Source: Eledone cirrhosa
Lineage: Eukaryota
Length of the DNA stretch: 64,000 nt
Direction: 5' to 3'
NCBI GenBank assembly: GCA_964016885.1
Contig: OZ024743.1
Span: forward strand, 330,832,001 to 330,896,000
Under the pieces are notes generated by a model. It searched no databases, was not told where the DNA came from, and was given only the letters and a program-made list of their open reading frames with translations. Positions 1 through 12,118 of the stretch are shown here, piece by piece (the stretch's first letter is position 1; every line of letters starts with the position of its first letter). Position numbers and translations under genes: made by a program.

Positions 1-1708
1 CCGTGAGATCCTCGGTATACTAGTGTGTTACTATGCCGTTACTATGCCGTGATATCCTTGACATACTAGTGTGTTAATATGCCGTGAGATCCTCGACATA
101 CTAGTGTGTTACTATGCCGTGAGATCCTCGACATACTAGTGTGTTACTATGCCGTGAGATCCTCGACATACTAGTGTGTTACTATGCCATGAGATCCTCG
201 GTATACTAGTGTGTTACTATGCCGTGAGATCCTCGACATACTAGTGTGTTACTATGCCATGAGATCCTCGGTATACTAGTGTGTTACTATGCCGTGAGAT
301 CCTCGGTATACTAGTGTGTTACTATGCCATGAGATCCTCGACATACTAGTGTGTTACTATGCCGTGAGATCCTCGACATACTAGTGTGTAACTATGCCGT
401 GAGATCCTCGGTATACTAGTGTGTTACTATGCCGTGAGATCTTCGACATACTAGTGTGTTACTATGCCGTGAGATCCTCGACATACTAGTGTGTTACTAT
501 GCCGTGAGATCCTCGCTATACTAGTGTGTTACTATGCTTTGAGATCCTCGGTATACTAGTGTGTTACTATGCCCTGAGATCTTCGACATACTAGTGTGTT
601 ACTATGCCGTGAGATCCTCGGTATACTAGTGTGTTACTATGCCGTGAGATCTTCGACATACTAGTGTGTTACTATGCCGTGAGATCCTTGACATACTAGT
701 GTGTTAATATGCCGTGAGATCCTCGGTATACTAGTGTGTTACTATGCCGTGAGATCCTCGGTATACTAGTGTGTTACTATGCCGTGAGATCTTCGACATA
801 CTAGTGTGTTACTATGCCCTGAGATCCTCGGTATACTAGTGTGTTACTATGCCGTGAGATCCTCGGTATACTAGCGTGTTACTATACCGTAAGATCCTCG
901 ACATACTAGTGTGTTACTATGCCGTGAGATCCTCGACATACTAGTGTGTTACTATGCCGTGAGATCATCGACATACTAGTGTGTTAATATGCCGTGAGAT
1001 CCTCGACATACTAGTGTGCTACTATACCGTGAGATCCTCGGTATACTAGTGTGTTACTATACCGTGAGATCCTCGGTATACTAGTGTGTTACTATGCCGT
1101 GAGATCCTCGGTATACTAGTGTGTTACTATACTGTGAGATCCTCGACATACTAGTGTGCTACTATGCCGTGAGAGCCTCGGTATACTAGTGTGTTACTAT
1201 GCCGTGAGATCCTCGGTATACTAGTGTGTTACTATACCGTGAGATCCTCGACATACTAGTGTGCTACTATGCCGTGGGATCCTCGGTATACTAGTGTGTT
1301 ACTATGCTGTGAGATCTTCGACATACTAGTGTGTTACTATGCCCTGAGATCCTCGGTATACTAGTGTGTTACTATGCCGTGAGATCTTCGGTATACTAGT
1401 GTGCTACTATGCCGTGAGATCATCGACATACTAGTGTGTTACTATGCCGTTAGTATGCCGTGAGATCCTTGACATACTAGTGTGTTAATATGCCGTGAGA
1501 TCCTCGGTATACTAGTGTGTTACTATGCCGTGAGATCTTCGACATACTAGTGTGTTACTATGCCGTGAGATCCTCGGTATACTAGTGTGTTACTATGCCG
1601 TGAGATCTTCCACATACTAGTGTGTTTCTATGCCGTGAGATCCTCGGTATACTAGTGTGTTACTATTCCGTGAGATCCTCGGTATACTAGTGTGTTACTA
1701 TGCCGTGA
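1..1708. repeat. 35-bp minisatellite (GCCGTGAGATCCTCG[AC/GT]ATACTAGTGTGTTACTAT)n, about 48 copies, running off the window start
   Basis: 35-bp periodicity seen directly (units start at 81, 116, 151); no unique spacers. Confidence 0.97.
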
Positions 1709-1924
1709 AATGTTGTTATGTGTGTCACGAAATATTATTAAGTGGGCTGCGAAAAAACGAAATTCTATTTTAAAATGTGAAAAATATAAATTGAAATTCA
1801 TTTTAAATTTCATTTATAACTCTTAATGTGGTGAAACAACTAAACTAGGAATGGAAAAGTTCCCGCACACACACCACAAGAGAGGAATAGTCACTCAGAC
1901 AAGCAAACAATCCGTTCCATTTAT

Positions 1925-2055
1925 CAAAGTCCACTTACAAGGTTTGGTCAGTCTGAAGCTATGGTAGATTGTCCTTATCCAGGGTACCACACCGTGCGAT
2001 TAAACTGGAAACCACGTTGTTGCGAAGCGAACCTATTAACCACAGTCATGCACGT
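1925..2055 (-). mobile_element. Degraded tRNA-derived SINE fragment (octopus OR-type)
   Basis: caaggtttggtcagtctgaagctatggtaga...ccagggtaccacac...gaaaccacgttgttgcgaagcgaacctattaaccac resembles the reverse complement of a tRNA head plus core of octopus SINEs (recalled, not searched). Confidence 0.55.
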
Positions 2056-2132
2056 GTCTGATTGAAACACAAGAAAATCATAATAGATGTGAACTCCCCG
2101 CCCCACCAAATAAAACAAACACGAACAAAAAG

Positions 2133-2349
2133 CAATAATGGTTTCTGACTTAGGCACAAGACCAGCAATTTTGAGGGGGAGGAGGGGTCGATTATATCGA
2201 CCGTAGTACTTGGAGTTTATTTTATCGATCTCGGAATTATGAAAGGCAAAGAGTTGACTTGGTGGAATTTGAACTGTGATCATTAAGTCCCATAACTAAA
2301 TGCCGCTAAGTGTTTTTTCTATCGCCCTAACAACTCTGCCAATCCACCG
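2133..2349 (-). mobile_element. tRNA-derived SINE, family A (diverged)
   Basis: Reverse complement has the GGTGGATTGGCAG head, a GTTCAAATTCC B box, the GCCTTTCAT...TCGATAAAATAAA core and the GCTGGTCTTGTGCCTAA tail shared with other copies. Confidence 0.85.
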
Positions 2350-2819
2350 AGTTTTAATAATGATTAACATCAAGACAAGGTGGTCACATATACTGAAGAA
2401 GTAGAATTGTCGTAGGCGGCGAATAAGCAGAGTCGTTAGAACGTTAGATAGAATGTTTTGTAGTGTTCGTTTTGGCTCTCTGCTTTCTCTCAGTTCAAAT
2501 CCCGCTGAGTCTAGTACTAGGGTCGATTCCTCTTCTATATCTCTTTCTCATTTCCTTTCTCTCACTTTCTATCCTTCTCTGGAAGAAATCTGTTGTATTC
2601 AGACTTAGAGATGAAATGGACTCAGCCAGGTTTACAATACCCTAGTGACACCGGGAGTTACGGGACCATGCATGCAGAATAGTCGTAGTAGTTACCAGAA
2701 GTTGTTTGCCTTCTAAATGACGTAAGAAGGATATAGTAGGTAAATATAATCGATCCTAGCAGTTGCCAGTTACTTAATCGATCCTGTAAATCAGTGGATG
2801 GATTTTTACATATATGAAA

Positions 2820-3070
2820 AAAAAAATGTTGGCCAGAATAATTTGTGACAGAAGGGAGAAGAAGGGTGCAGTTCGTAGGATGGAGGAGACAACAGAAAGG
2901 GTCTCTTGTTGGCTTTGGAGCAAGAGAGGGCAGATAAGCTGGAAGCCAGGAGCTAAGATATGCAGTAATTTGGCCAACAATACTGACCCACCAGCGAGAG
3001 TGTGTTACAGTTGAGAGTCGAAACAACCGATGGACGTTGGACACCGTCTGATGACATCAACGTCAACGAA
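2820..3070 (+). mobile_element. 3' end fragment of a HERO-like restriction-like-endonuclease (REL) non-LTR retrotransposon
   Basis: RREKKGAVRRMEETTERVSCWLWSKRGQISW resembles the HERO C-terminal AERASxWLWxxR motif; the 3' UTR contains GAAAC...CTGATGA. Confidence 0.55.
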
Positions 3071-3441
3071 GGTGAATGAATGTGAGGCATCTTCTTGAAG
3101 ATGTAATTGTAGCATGATTAAAACTATAATGGGACAAGGGAAATAACATAAATGGGCCAATAGCTTGGGATTGATATTTGAATTAAAAGGGGACGTAATG
3201 CTTACCATATGTCAAAAAGTATTAGTTAATCGAAATGAGCCTCTGAAAGAGAAATCTCAATTACTACTTTGTAAGTGTTTGTACTTCTGGTGTATATGTG
3301 TGATGTATAACGACGCAGTAGTCAATGAAAGCAGTCAGCATCACCTTGGCGTACTTTGAGGGAGGGAGGGCTTGATGACATTGGACGCTTTTACTGTGAT
3401 GACTGAGCTTTAGTTTCACCGTCGTACCCGTACATATATGT

Positions 3442-3720
3442 GGAGGCGCGTGGCCTAGTGGTAAATGTGTTGGACTTGCGATCGTAATGTAGTCGGTTCG
3501 ATTCCTGAGCTGGGTTGTGTCTTGTGTTCTTGAGCAAAACACTTCATTTAACATTGCTCCAGTATACTCAGCTGAAAATGAGTACCAGTAATATCTGTGG
3601 GTAACCCTGCGATGGGCTGGCGTCTTATCCAGTGGGGGGATTCTTGTACTCTCCATTACTTCACACTCGAAACCGAGGTAAGCAGCGGCCTGACGACCCT
3701 CGTGGCTTGAGACAGACTTT
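3442..3720 (+). mobile_element. tRNA-derived SINE, family B, near full length
   Basis: A box TGGCCTAGTGG, B box GGTTCGATTCC, TGTTCTTGAGCAAAACACTT core, AACCCTGCGATGG tail; related copy at 43360-43641 (-). Confidence 0.85.
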
Positions 3721-3904
3721 AGACTAGAGTAGACAAGATCCGTAAACTCACCCTTCATCTCCAATTATAACAGTATTCAGGGACACACGATCTTTGTTGG
3801 CAGTATCGGCAAAAATAAAAAATGAAAATGCAACGAATAAGAACAGCAGCTCAAACGTGGACTACCTCACAGTGAATGACATATCCAGCAAGGCCGCCAT
3901 AAAA

Positions 3905-4130
3905 CTTCCTGGACCGGGCGGTGTTTTGTTCTTGAGCAAGACAATTTATTTCACGTTACTCCAGTTTACTCAGATATAGAAATGAGTTGTGACGTCAAAG
4001 GAGCCAAGCTGTATCGTCCTTTGGAATGCATGGGCGACTGCTGGTCTTCCACAAAAACAAATATATTGCTCAGACTTTGTACCTCGGAGGGGAACTTTTT
4101 TAAATGCAAAACCCACGGTCATTCGTGGCT
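3905..4130 (+). mobile_element. 5'-truncated SINE related to family B, with a different tail
   Basis: Shares TGTTCTTGAGCAAGACA...CTCCAGT..ACTCAG...AAATGAGT with the copy at 3442. Confidence 0.6.
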
Positions 4131-4736
4131 GATATTGATTTCTCTAATTCATCTCAGATCAGGATGTAGATTTAAATTGACATAATTCTCTCCACTCATG
4201 TCACTAATGATGTTAGAGAAAGTATGAACAGTACACAATCCCTTCTATCTCGTCTGAAAATTTGACCTTGTGCCTCCAAAGGAAAGTGTTGTTTTATTTT
4301 AAATGTATATTATACAATACCAACAATGAAGGCATTCTTATGTCAAATCAACTTTTTTCGTATTTTCCTATTTTTCGTATGTTCAATTGATCAATCAATA
4401 ATTGTAAAGTTGGTGTTGCTGTCGTGTAAAATGCCTACCAGGCTGGAAAGGGGGGGGGGGGACAAGAGTGATATCACTATATATATAAAACGGAAGATGT
4501 CTGCCTGTGTGTGTGTATGATTTTTATGCATTTCCACATTTCTCTACCGATTTTGATGATTTTTTCCCAATGTACTCCAAATTTACCAACGATGGTCAAC
4601 GCGTAATAAACTTTGCCAAAACTTTCCTGCTTCTATGAAAAGAATCGATAAAAGTAAATTCATGCTGTAACCCTCTCTCTTACATGCTTAATACCTCTCT
4701 CTACTACCCTAAAAAATCGATGAAACTACATACATA

Positions 4737-5000
4737 TTGCAATTCTCTTTAAAAGGTTCATCCCTCCCTCTACTCCCCTATCAATCTCCTCTGCAATTCT
4801 CTTTAAACGGTTCATCCCTCCCTCTACTCCCCTCTCAATCTCCTCTGCAACTCTCTTTAAAAGGTTCATCCCTCCCTGTACTCCCCCCTTTCAATCTCCT
4901 CTGCAACCCTCTTTAAAAGGTTCATCCCTCCCTCTACTCCCCTCTCAATCTCCTCTGCAACTCTCTTTAAAAGGTTCATCCCTCCCTCTACTACCCTATC
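4737..5000. repeat. About 54-bp tandem repeat (about 5 copies) inside the Helitron
   Basis: GGTTCATCCCTCCCT recurs at 4755, 4809, 4863, 4919 and 4973. Confidence 0.92.
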
Positions 5001-5093
5001 ACCATTACAGTTTACAACAGCGACAAAACTTCGTTCAGGAACGCGACATAAAGTTTGTAAACTAAGCAACACATCAATTTATACAACAACAAA

Positions 5094-5232
5094 CTCAGGA
5101 TCTCACCTGCGGCTGGCCAGCTCAGCGCCTATGGTGGTGAGTAAGGAGGTAGCCCTGTGCCGAGGACACCAGCAGTCTCCACTGCCAGGAGTACGACCTC
5201 AAACCTGTCGGAGGGCGACCGGTATTTGACCA
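5094..5232 (-). mobile_element. CRE-like LINE REL-endonuclease fragment
   Basis: Minus strand reads KYRSPSDRFEVVLLAVETAGVLG, then after a frameshift LLTTIGAELASRR*DPE, matching the KY...PxAVETxG...GDPRE motif order. Confidence 0.65.
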
Positions 5233-5576
5233 TTACACCATTACATTTTACATCAAATAACAAATATTCAAAAGCAACAGATGAATTTATACAACAACAA
5301 AGGTAGTCATAACGACGCTTAAGCATTTATTAACTTGAATCTCAACAGACATTATATTTTATTGTTGTCCTTTTTGTAATTTTTTTCTTTGTTTTTAGCA
5401 ATATGAGACAAAAAAATAATGAGAAAACTTTTTTCAGGAACGTCCGATTTTGATGATTTTTTTCCAGTGTGCTCCAAATTATCGCCCCTGTTTACGTTCT
5501 TTGGTGCTATAACTCAGACGGGCTTGGCTTACAGCTTTGACCTACTATTTGACGTGCATTGTTCATACAACAATAT

Positions 5577-5766
5577 GGCGGTGGATTGGCAGTATCGGTA
5601 GAGGGTCGGACGCTATGCTTTCCAGCATAGTTACTTCCCTTTACGATCTGAGTTCAAATCCCGCCGAGGTTAACTTTGCCTTTCATCCTTACGGGGTCGA
5701 TAAAATAAAGTGCCAGTAATACACTGGGCAATTGCTGGCCTTGTGCCTAAAATAGAAACAATTATT
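5577..5766 (+). mobile_element. SINE family A, full-length young copy nested in the Helitron
   Basis: GGCGGTGGATTGGCAGTATCGGTAGAG...GAGTTCAAATCCCGCC...GCCTTTCATCCTTACGGGGTCGATAAAATAAAG...AGAAACAATTATT. Confidence 0.92.
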
Positions 5767-5974
5767 CATACAACTTACTTAGTACTCACTTTCCACTTAT
5801 TCACTGTTCAATTGAAATTGTTCGCTACCCCCTCCTCCTTCCTTGCTTACCCGTATTTACTTTCTTTGCCTCAATAATCATAATTGAGTGGAATCATTAA
5901 CAGTACTTTAAAGCAATTAAACTCCGAGCAACGCCGGGCACTTCTGCTAGTATATAAATATATAAATATATATA

Positions 5975-6159
5975 TAGGAAATAAGTCATGACCCCGACGG
6001 CTGAGCTCCAGCCGTTTCGACAGCTTGATCTAGTTTTCAAAACGGCTGGAGCTCAGCCGTCGGGGTCCTGACTCTTTTCCTATTATCTCCTCTACTACCC
6101 TAAGTACTGAGTACTCTGGTGCGTTATAGTCCACCTGGTTTCTTACCACACTTTCTTTG

Positions 6160-6161
<2 letters not shown>
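5975..6161. mobile_element. Fold-back PLE-like LTR remnant, family P1, in (TA)n
   Basis: GACCCCGACGGCTGAGCTCCAGCCGTTT / AAACGGCTGGAGCTCAGCCGTCGGGGTC inverted pair; same family at 15257-15465 and 19607-19995. Confidence 0.65.
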
Positions 6162-6197
<36 letters not shown>

Positions 6198-6199
6198 CA

Positions 6200-6418
6200 T
6201 GTAAAAGGTAAACAGAAATAACAACACAATCGGTACAGTATATGGAAGGGATATATTAGGTTAACGCTTGATATAGCAGGAAGAGGGTCTTAATGTTTCG
6301 GACGCTAGTCCTTCATCAGAAGAATGAATGAGAAATAAGATAGATTGAGGGCACGGGCGGGTTGGAATAAGAAAAAATGTCTTTAGATAAAAATAACAGG
6401 TCCTTTCATGCAGACATC
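6200..6418 (-). mobile_element. PLE pseudo-LTR fragment, family P2, with a minimal hammerhead motif at 6288-6323
   Basis: Minus strand TCTT-CTGATGA-AGGACTAGCGTCC-GAAACATT-AAGA; near-identical copy at 35825-36040. Confidence 0.65.
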
Positions 6419-6545
6419 TCTTGCAAAACTGTTGCTGCTGGCGTTTTGTGTATGATTTATTTTTTAGAAAACTAGATGATGGAGCGCGTCTACCTGAAAA
6501 AAAAGAACGTTTTGTAAAAAGAGCTATACTTGTGCACGTGCGTAA

Positions 6546-6698
<153 letters not shown>

Positions 6699-6854
6699 TT
6701 ATTATACGTCTGTACGAAGCTAAGAAGAAATATGAATATAGTGCTTATCTGTGGACGTATTGCTGTTCGCTAGCAATACACGATAATACGTTACCGGTGG
6801 CATATTTGTATCATTGCATAACGACACCTCATAATTCAATGAGCATCCCTTTTT

Positions 6855-6995
6855 CTTTTACGTTCACATGTCGCCGTCGAGATCTCAGGCGTCCTCGGAC
6901 GCTCCACAAAACCGCCTGAGGATGGGGTGGCTGTTGCAGTGGGTGTCGCTGGCCATTGTCCGCGGAAATGCCTTTGCAGTTTTGTCCGCGGGGGT
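6855..6995 (+). mobile_element. CRE-like LINE C-terminal fragment
   Basis: VAVEISGVLGRST, then in another frame GWLLQWVSLAIVRGNAFAVLSAG (SLAIxRGNA motif). Confidence 0.7.
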
Positions 6996-8544
6996 GCAGC
7001 AAAAAAACCGTCCTGATTTAGGCACAAAGTATGTTACCTTCTCCCCTAACCTCTCTATTCCTCCCGTTGTCAAACCGTCCTTGCTCTTTCCCGTCTTTTC
7101 TTCACATTTATGGCATTTATAGTTCTTTCCTCTACTTTCCCATATAGCCAGATCTGAAGCAACATAAACTGAAGTATTTTGTTGACGAACTCAATGTAAC
7201 GCCCGGTTTTTTAATCAAAACTACGACCTCAAATCAATACCACAAGCCTTCACAAGTAGACCAAAGCGAGATTTTAATTCAGAACCCTATAAACAAGAAC
7301 ATATACCGCAAGGCATCACTTCCAACGTTCTGACAATTCTACCAACCCACCGCCCTGGACTCGTAATTTGTTTTATCGACACGAATATGACGAAAGGCAA
7401 AAGTTGATCTCGGCGTGACATGAACTCAAAAGTGCAGAGAACTGAAACAAATACCGCAAAGCAGTATGTCCTTCACCTAACATCTCTGTCAATTCGTCGA
7501 TATAGACACAAATCCAAACGACAGAATGAATGATATTGCATATGCTTCACTGGTAAGATTTAATAAGACGGAAACATTTCCGGAGTTGTCATTCTATTGT
7601 TACAGATCAAGTCCGTTCCTCTACGTCCTCACAGCATTTTATTTCTAATTAATTCTAATTAATTTAACTTTCACGGTCTAACTTGTCTGTCTTTACTAAG
7701 ATTATTTAATAACGTAATCATTGGTTCTTTTCACAACGGATGATGTAAATTTAATTAATTAAAATGTCTTGTCCAACTACATTATGTATATTAGCGCCTA
7801 CTTTACATCTTTAGTAGTAAAGAAGGTATGTTTTAAAAACTGCTCCATTAAGTTGCTATTTCTACCGTTATTTCATTAAGAACTTGTCACTACATGAAGG
7901 CGGCGAATTAACAGAGTCGTTAGAACATCGGATTTGTTTTGTGCTATTTGTTCCGGCTCCCTAGTTTCTTAGTTCAAATCCCGCCGAGGTCTACTTTGCC
8001 TTTCATACTTTCACAGCAGTTAAAACAAATTACCAGTCTAGGTCGATTCGTCCTCTATATCTATTTCTCACCTCTATCTATTCTCTATCCTTCTCTGGAA
8101 GAAATCTGCTGTGTTCAGACCTGGAGAGGAGATGGACTCTGCCAGGTTTTAAAATTAAAATGCCCCAGAAACGCCGTATGTCAATACGGCACCCCTACGA
8201 CTCCCTCGGGAGTTACAGGCTTCAAACTATTATGTTGCTATTCCTACTGTTATTTCATTAAGAACTTATTACTATGTCATAACGTAGTAATGTTAAGACC
8301 TGTTAGACATTATTCAATTATTATTACATTGACGAGAGAGACCTGTTGCTACTTCACTGATATACTGATATACAATAACAGGGATAAGATACAAGCTTCT
8401 TCTTTTCAATGTTCGTTGTTCTAAATAATATAACACAAGATTTAGTGTCATTTTAAACAATATCAAAGCAGTGCTGACAAAAACAAAATGATCTTCAGAA
8501 TAGTCGTACTGTTACTGCAAACAACCTGTGAAAACATCTCTTTC

Positions 8545-8790
8545 TTCTTATCCTCTCTTCTCTTTTATTTCCTCTCTTCTCTCTCTCCTCTCTTCTCTCC
8601 CTCTTCTCTTTCCTCTCCTCTCTCCCCCCTCCTTTCCTGTCTCCTTTTCTGTTTCCTCTCCTCTCCCCTCGCTCCTCCCCTCTCTCTCTCCTCTCTCCTC
8701 TCTTCTCTCTCTTCTCTCTCCACACCCCTCTCTCTCCTCTATCCCCTCTCTTCCCCATCTCTCCTCTCAATCTACACCCCTCTCTACCTT
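8545..8790. repeat. CT-rich low-complexity tract
   Basis: Seen directly. Confidence 0.9.
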
Positions 8791-9359
8791 TATTACTATG
8801 TGTGACTATCACCTGTTGTAATCTATAGTAACATTACATTATTCCCTGTACATGTCTCTTATCCGCTCTCACTTCCCCCCTCAAATTCCTCAGACATCTG
8901 ACAGAAAGTAAAACCACTGATCATCTGTCAGTCGTTTCTATTATATTTTAAATAATTTTAATCGGCAGGAATATTTACTACCGCAATAACAGTGTAGTAT
9001 TCCTTCGTTTAGCCGTTTACTTCTCTTCCTCTTTCTTGGACCTCCACCGGTTTCGACGAAGAGTGTTTCAGTTGTTTGATCAACGGAACAACCTGCTCTT
9101 GGAAATTACGTATAAATGACTAAGCAATGCACAGACAGGTGTAATGTTAAAACAATTCTCAGGGAGATTCAGTGTGACACAGTGTCTGACACGGCTGGCT
9201 CTTTACATTACATGGACATCAAATTTATGCCTGATAAAATAAATTGTCTTGTTTAAGGACACAATGTGCCACAAGAATCAAACTAGTGACTTTACGTTCG
9301 TGATCTAAAGACCCTCATCACTCAGCCAGGTACCTTCATGTTGTTTAATACTGCTCTTA

Positions 9360-9868
9360 TCCCGCCCAGGTTGACTTTGCCTTTCATCCTTACCGGGTCG
9401 ATAAAATGAAGTACCAGTAATGCTCTGGGTAATTGCTGGCCTTGTGCTTAAAGTAGAAAGAATTATCATTAGGGTAGGGTATTGGCAGTATCGGTAGAGC
9501 GTTGGACACCGTGCTACGTGGCATAAAGTTACGGTCCTTTACGTTCTGAGTTCAAATCCTGCCGAGGTTAACTTTGCCTTTCATCCTTACGGAGTCGATA
9601 AAACAAAGTACCAGTAATGCACTGGGGTCGATTTAATCGACTTTCCCCATCCCCCAAATGACTGCCCTTGTGCCTATTGTAGAAATCATTATTATCATTA
9701 GGGTGGGGTTTTGGCAGTATCGGTAGAGCGTTGGCCAACATGCTTCACGGCATAAAGTTACGGCCCTTTACGTTCTGAGTTCAAATACCACTGCGGTTAG
9801 CTTTGACTTTGACCCCTTACGGAGTCGATAAAATAAAATACCAGTAATGCACTGGGGATGGATTTAAT
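9360..9868 (+). mobile_element. Three head-to-tail family A SINEs (9360-9470 truncated, 9471-9699, 9700-9868)
   Basis: Repeated GGCAGTATCGGTAGAGCG heads, GAGTTCAAAT B boxes and GTCGATAAAA cores, joined by ATTATCATTAGG. Confidence 0.88.
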
Positions 9869-9931
9869 AGTAATGAGTATAAACGAAGTTGCAGCTCAAG
9901 TAGCATATATATGTGTGTGTATATATTTGAC

Positions 9932-9971
<40 letters not shown>

Positions 9972-11028
9972 GAGAGGGGGGATTGTGTGTCGGTGTGTAA
10001 AACTACGTACGTTAAACAGATTATATATCCCGAACTGCAGTTTCGTTCAGTCGGTGATTGTGTCGACGGCATATGTCAGCAGGGTTGAAAGAAATTATAT
10101 TACTCCAGACAGTATAATTCTCAATGAAGCAAGGGGCTAAAAACTCGCTTGGGTGGGGTTTCTTCACTGAAGACCCTCTGCTGTCCATATCTCCTTAGAG
10201 CTTATCACCAATGTGAGCATGAGTTGACAAATTATTGAGATTAGGAAAAAGTGGTGGATAATGTGGATATTCTCTGTCTGACGTAGGTGTTCGCAATCCG
10301 ACCCCTTCTTAAATGTCAGTGCATTATCACTGATGGTCAGATGCTGGTAGTATCTTTTTGTCTTTTGATTTCCAGATGTGCTTTGAAAGTGCTGTGGTGA
10401 TTTTTTTTTCTTTGTTATGTTTTGTTTTTGTCATATTGTTGTTATTTTGTATGATTTAGTTTGGAGGAACGGCAATACTCATTTCCTTTTTCAAGGCCTG
10501 CGAAACTGGTGGGACGGTGGTATTTACAAATTGGAGACATGATTCGAAACTTGCAATGTAGTGGAATCTGCTAATGGCACCCACTAGCTAGGTGATAGTG
10601 TTAAACTCGTTTCCTGTTTAGATTTTGAGCAACAACTTACAACTGTGAGGAGACATCGATTATCTTAGGTCACGCTTGCTAACGGAAATATCTCCTACAC
10701 AATGAAGATAGTCATACTAGCAAAAACGCAAACCCACCTCGCTATAACATTTACTGCAATGTGGAAGAAGGGTCTTGGTATTTAGGGTGCATAGATATTC
10801 AAGAATCCGTAATCGAAGGTGGAGATGGTCATCTTCGATGTCTGAAACAGTCATAAACAAACATACATATATTCACTGGTGTATATGTGTCAATATGTAT
10901 GCATATATACGTATCTAGGTATATGCAGGGGCACATGTTCATAAAAAATATATACATACATGGGGTGGTGCCCCAGAATGGCCTCAGCCGGGTGGCTGGA
11001 ACAAATAAAAGAATAAAAGAAGAATACA

Positions 11029-11097
11029 TATTTCATCTGATGAGCGTACTGGAAGTTTCTATTAAGGTCGTCGCTTGAAACCTTTGGTAATGGAATA
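11029..11097 (+). ncRNA. Type I hammerhead ribozyme candidate (PLE-associated)
   Basis: Helix I TATTTCAT/ATGGAATA, core CTGATGA, GCG...CGC stem II with 2 extra nt before GAA, helix III ACC-TTT-GGT, GUA cleavage triplet. Confidence 0.55.
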
Positions 11098-11162
11098 ATT
11101 ATATTGTGTTGTTTATTATGTAATTAAATGTACTTATATATACAGATATATATATAATTAAT

Positions 11163-11227
<65 letters not shown>

Positions 11228-11610
11228 TACGCACACGCACACGCACGCACACGCGCGCGCACACATATGAATATACATAAATATATATATGTAAGATGTA
11301 AGAAAAACCACAGACCCTCCATCTCAACTCTACTTTTGAAAAGCAGAAGAACTGCGAAACCGGTAAAGGAACCAAATAAATATATATATATTTTTTTAAA
11401 TAAGACTCCAGTTGCATTTTCGATTTCATCTTTTTTTCTTTATACTTTCACTCGTGTAGGACCTCAGTTTTTTTTTCATTTTGTAAAAAAACCTCACTTT
11501 CTAATATATATATATATATATATGTAAAGTTATATTTAAAATTGTTGGGTTACAACTAGTAAATATTTATAACTGATATAAAAGCACTCGACAAATACTT
11601 GGAGTATATT

Positions 11611-12083
11611 TACAATATTAAATAAATGGAAAACTATATTTATAAAACCATATTTATTTCATTATATATATTTCGGGGATATCATATTAACAATATGCTA
11701 TGCCTTCATCAGACAAAATACAATATAAACAGTTTTATAGATAAATATATTCGACATACCGTAATAAACATCAACTTCATTTGAAGAGGTTCACTCTAGC
11801 AGTGAAAATACAGAGAGAAAGAAAGAGAGAGAGAAAAGAGGGAAATAAGAAAGAAAGAAAGACGAAACGAAGAAAAGGAAGAAAAAGAAGAAAAAGAAGA
11901 AATGCATGGGACAAAATAGAGAGATGGAAAAATAGATAAAGCGAAGAGCTTCATGTAAAGAGACCGAAAGAGATATATATATATATATAGAGAGAGGAAA
12001 TAGAGATAGATACATATATAAATATAGATATAGAAAAATTAGGTAGTGGGAGGTCATTTTGAGTAAGTGTATCAATGATGCAT

Positions 12084-12118
<35 letters not shown>

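Larger units (their letters stand above)
4474..5950 (+). mobile_element. Non-autonomous Helitron
   Basis: 5' end A|TCACTATATATATAAAACGGAAGATGTCTG; 3' hairpin CCGAGCAACGCCGGG followed by CTGCTAG|T; lies between A and T with no target-site duplication (TSD); same 3' end recurs at 42130-42157. Confidence 0.75.

Noticed and set aside
3442-3515. tRNA gene
   Set aside because: A and B boxes are present but there is no complete cloverleaf, and the sequence continues into a SINE body that recurs at 43360-43641
10180-10860. Degenerate GIY-YIG coding remnant upstream of the 11029 hammerhead
   Set aside because: Only a weak YNIYC...WYLG match amid many stops
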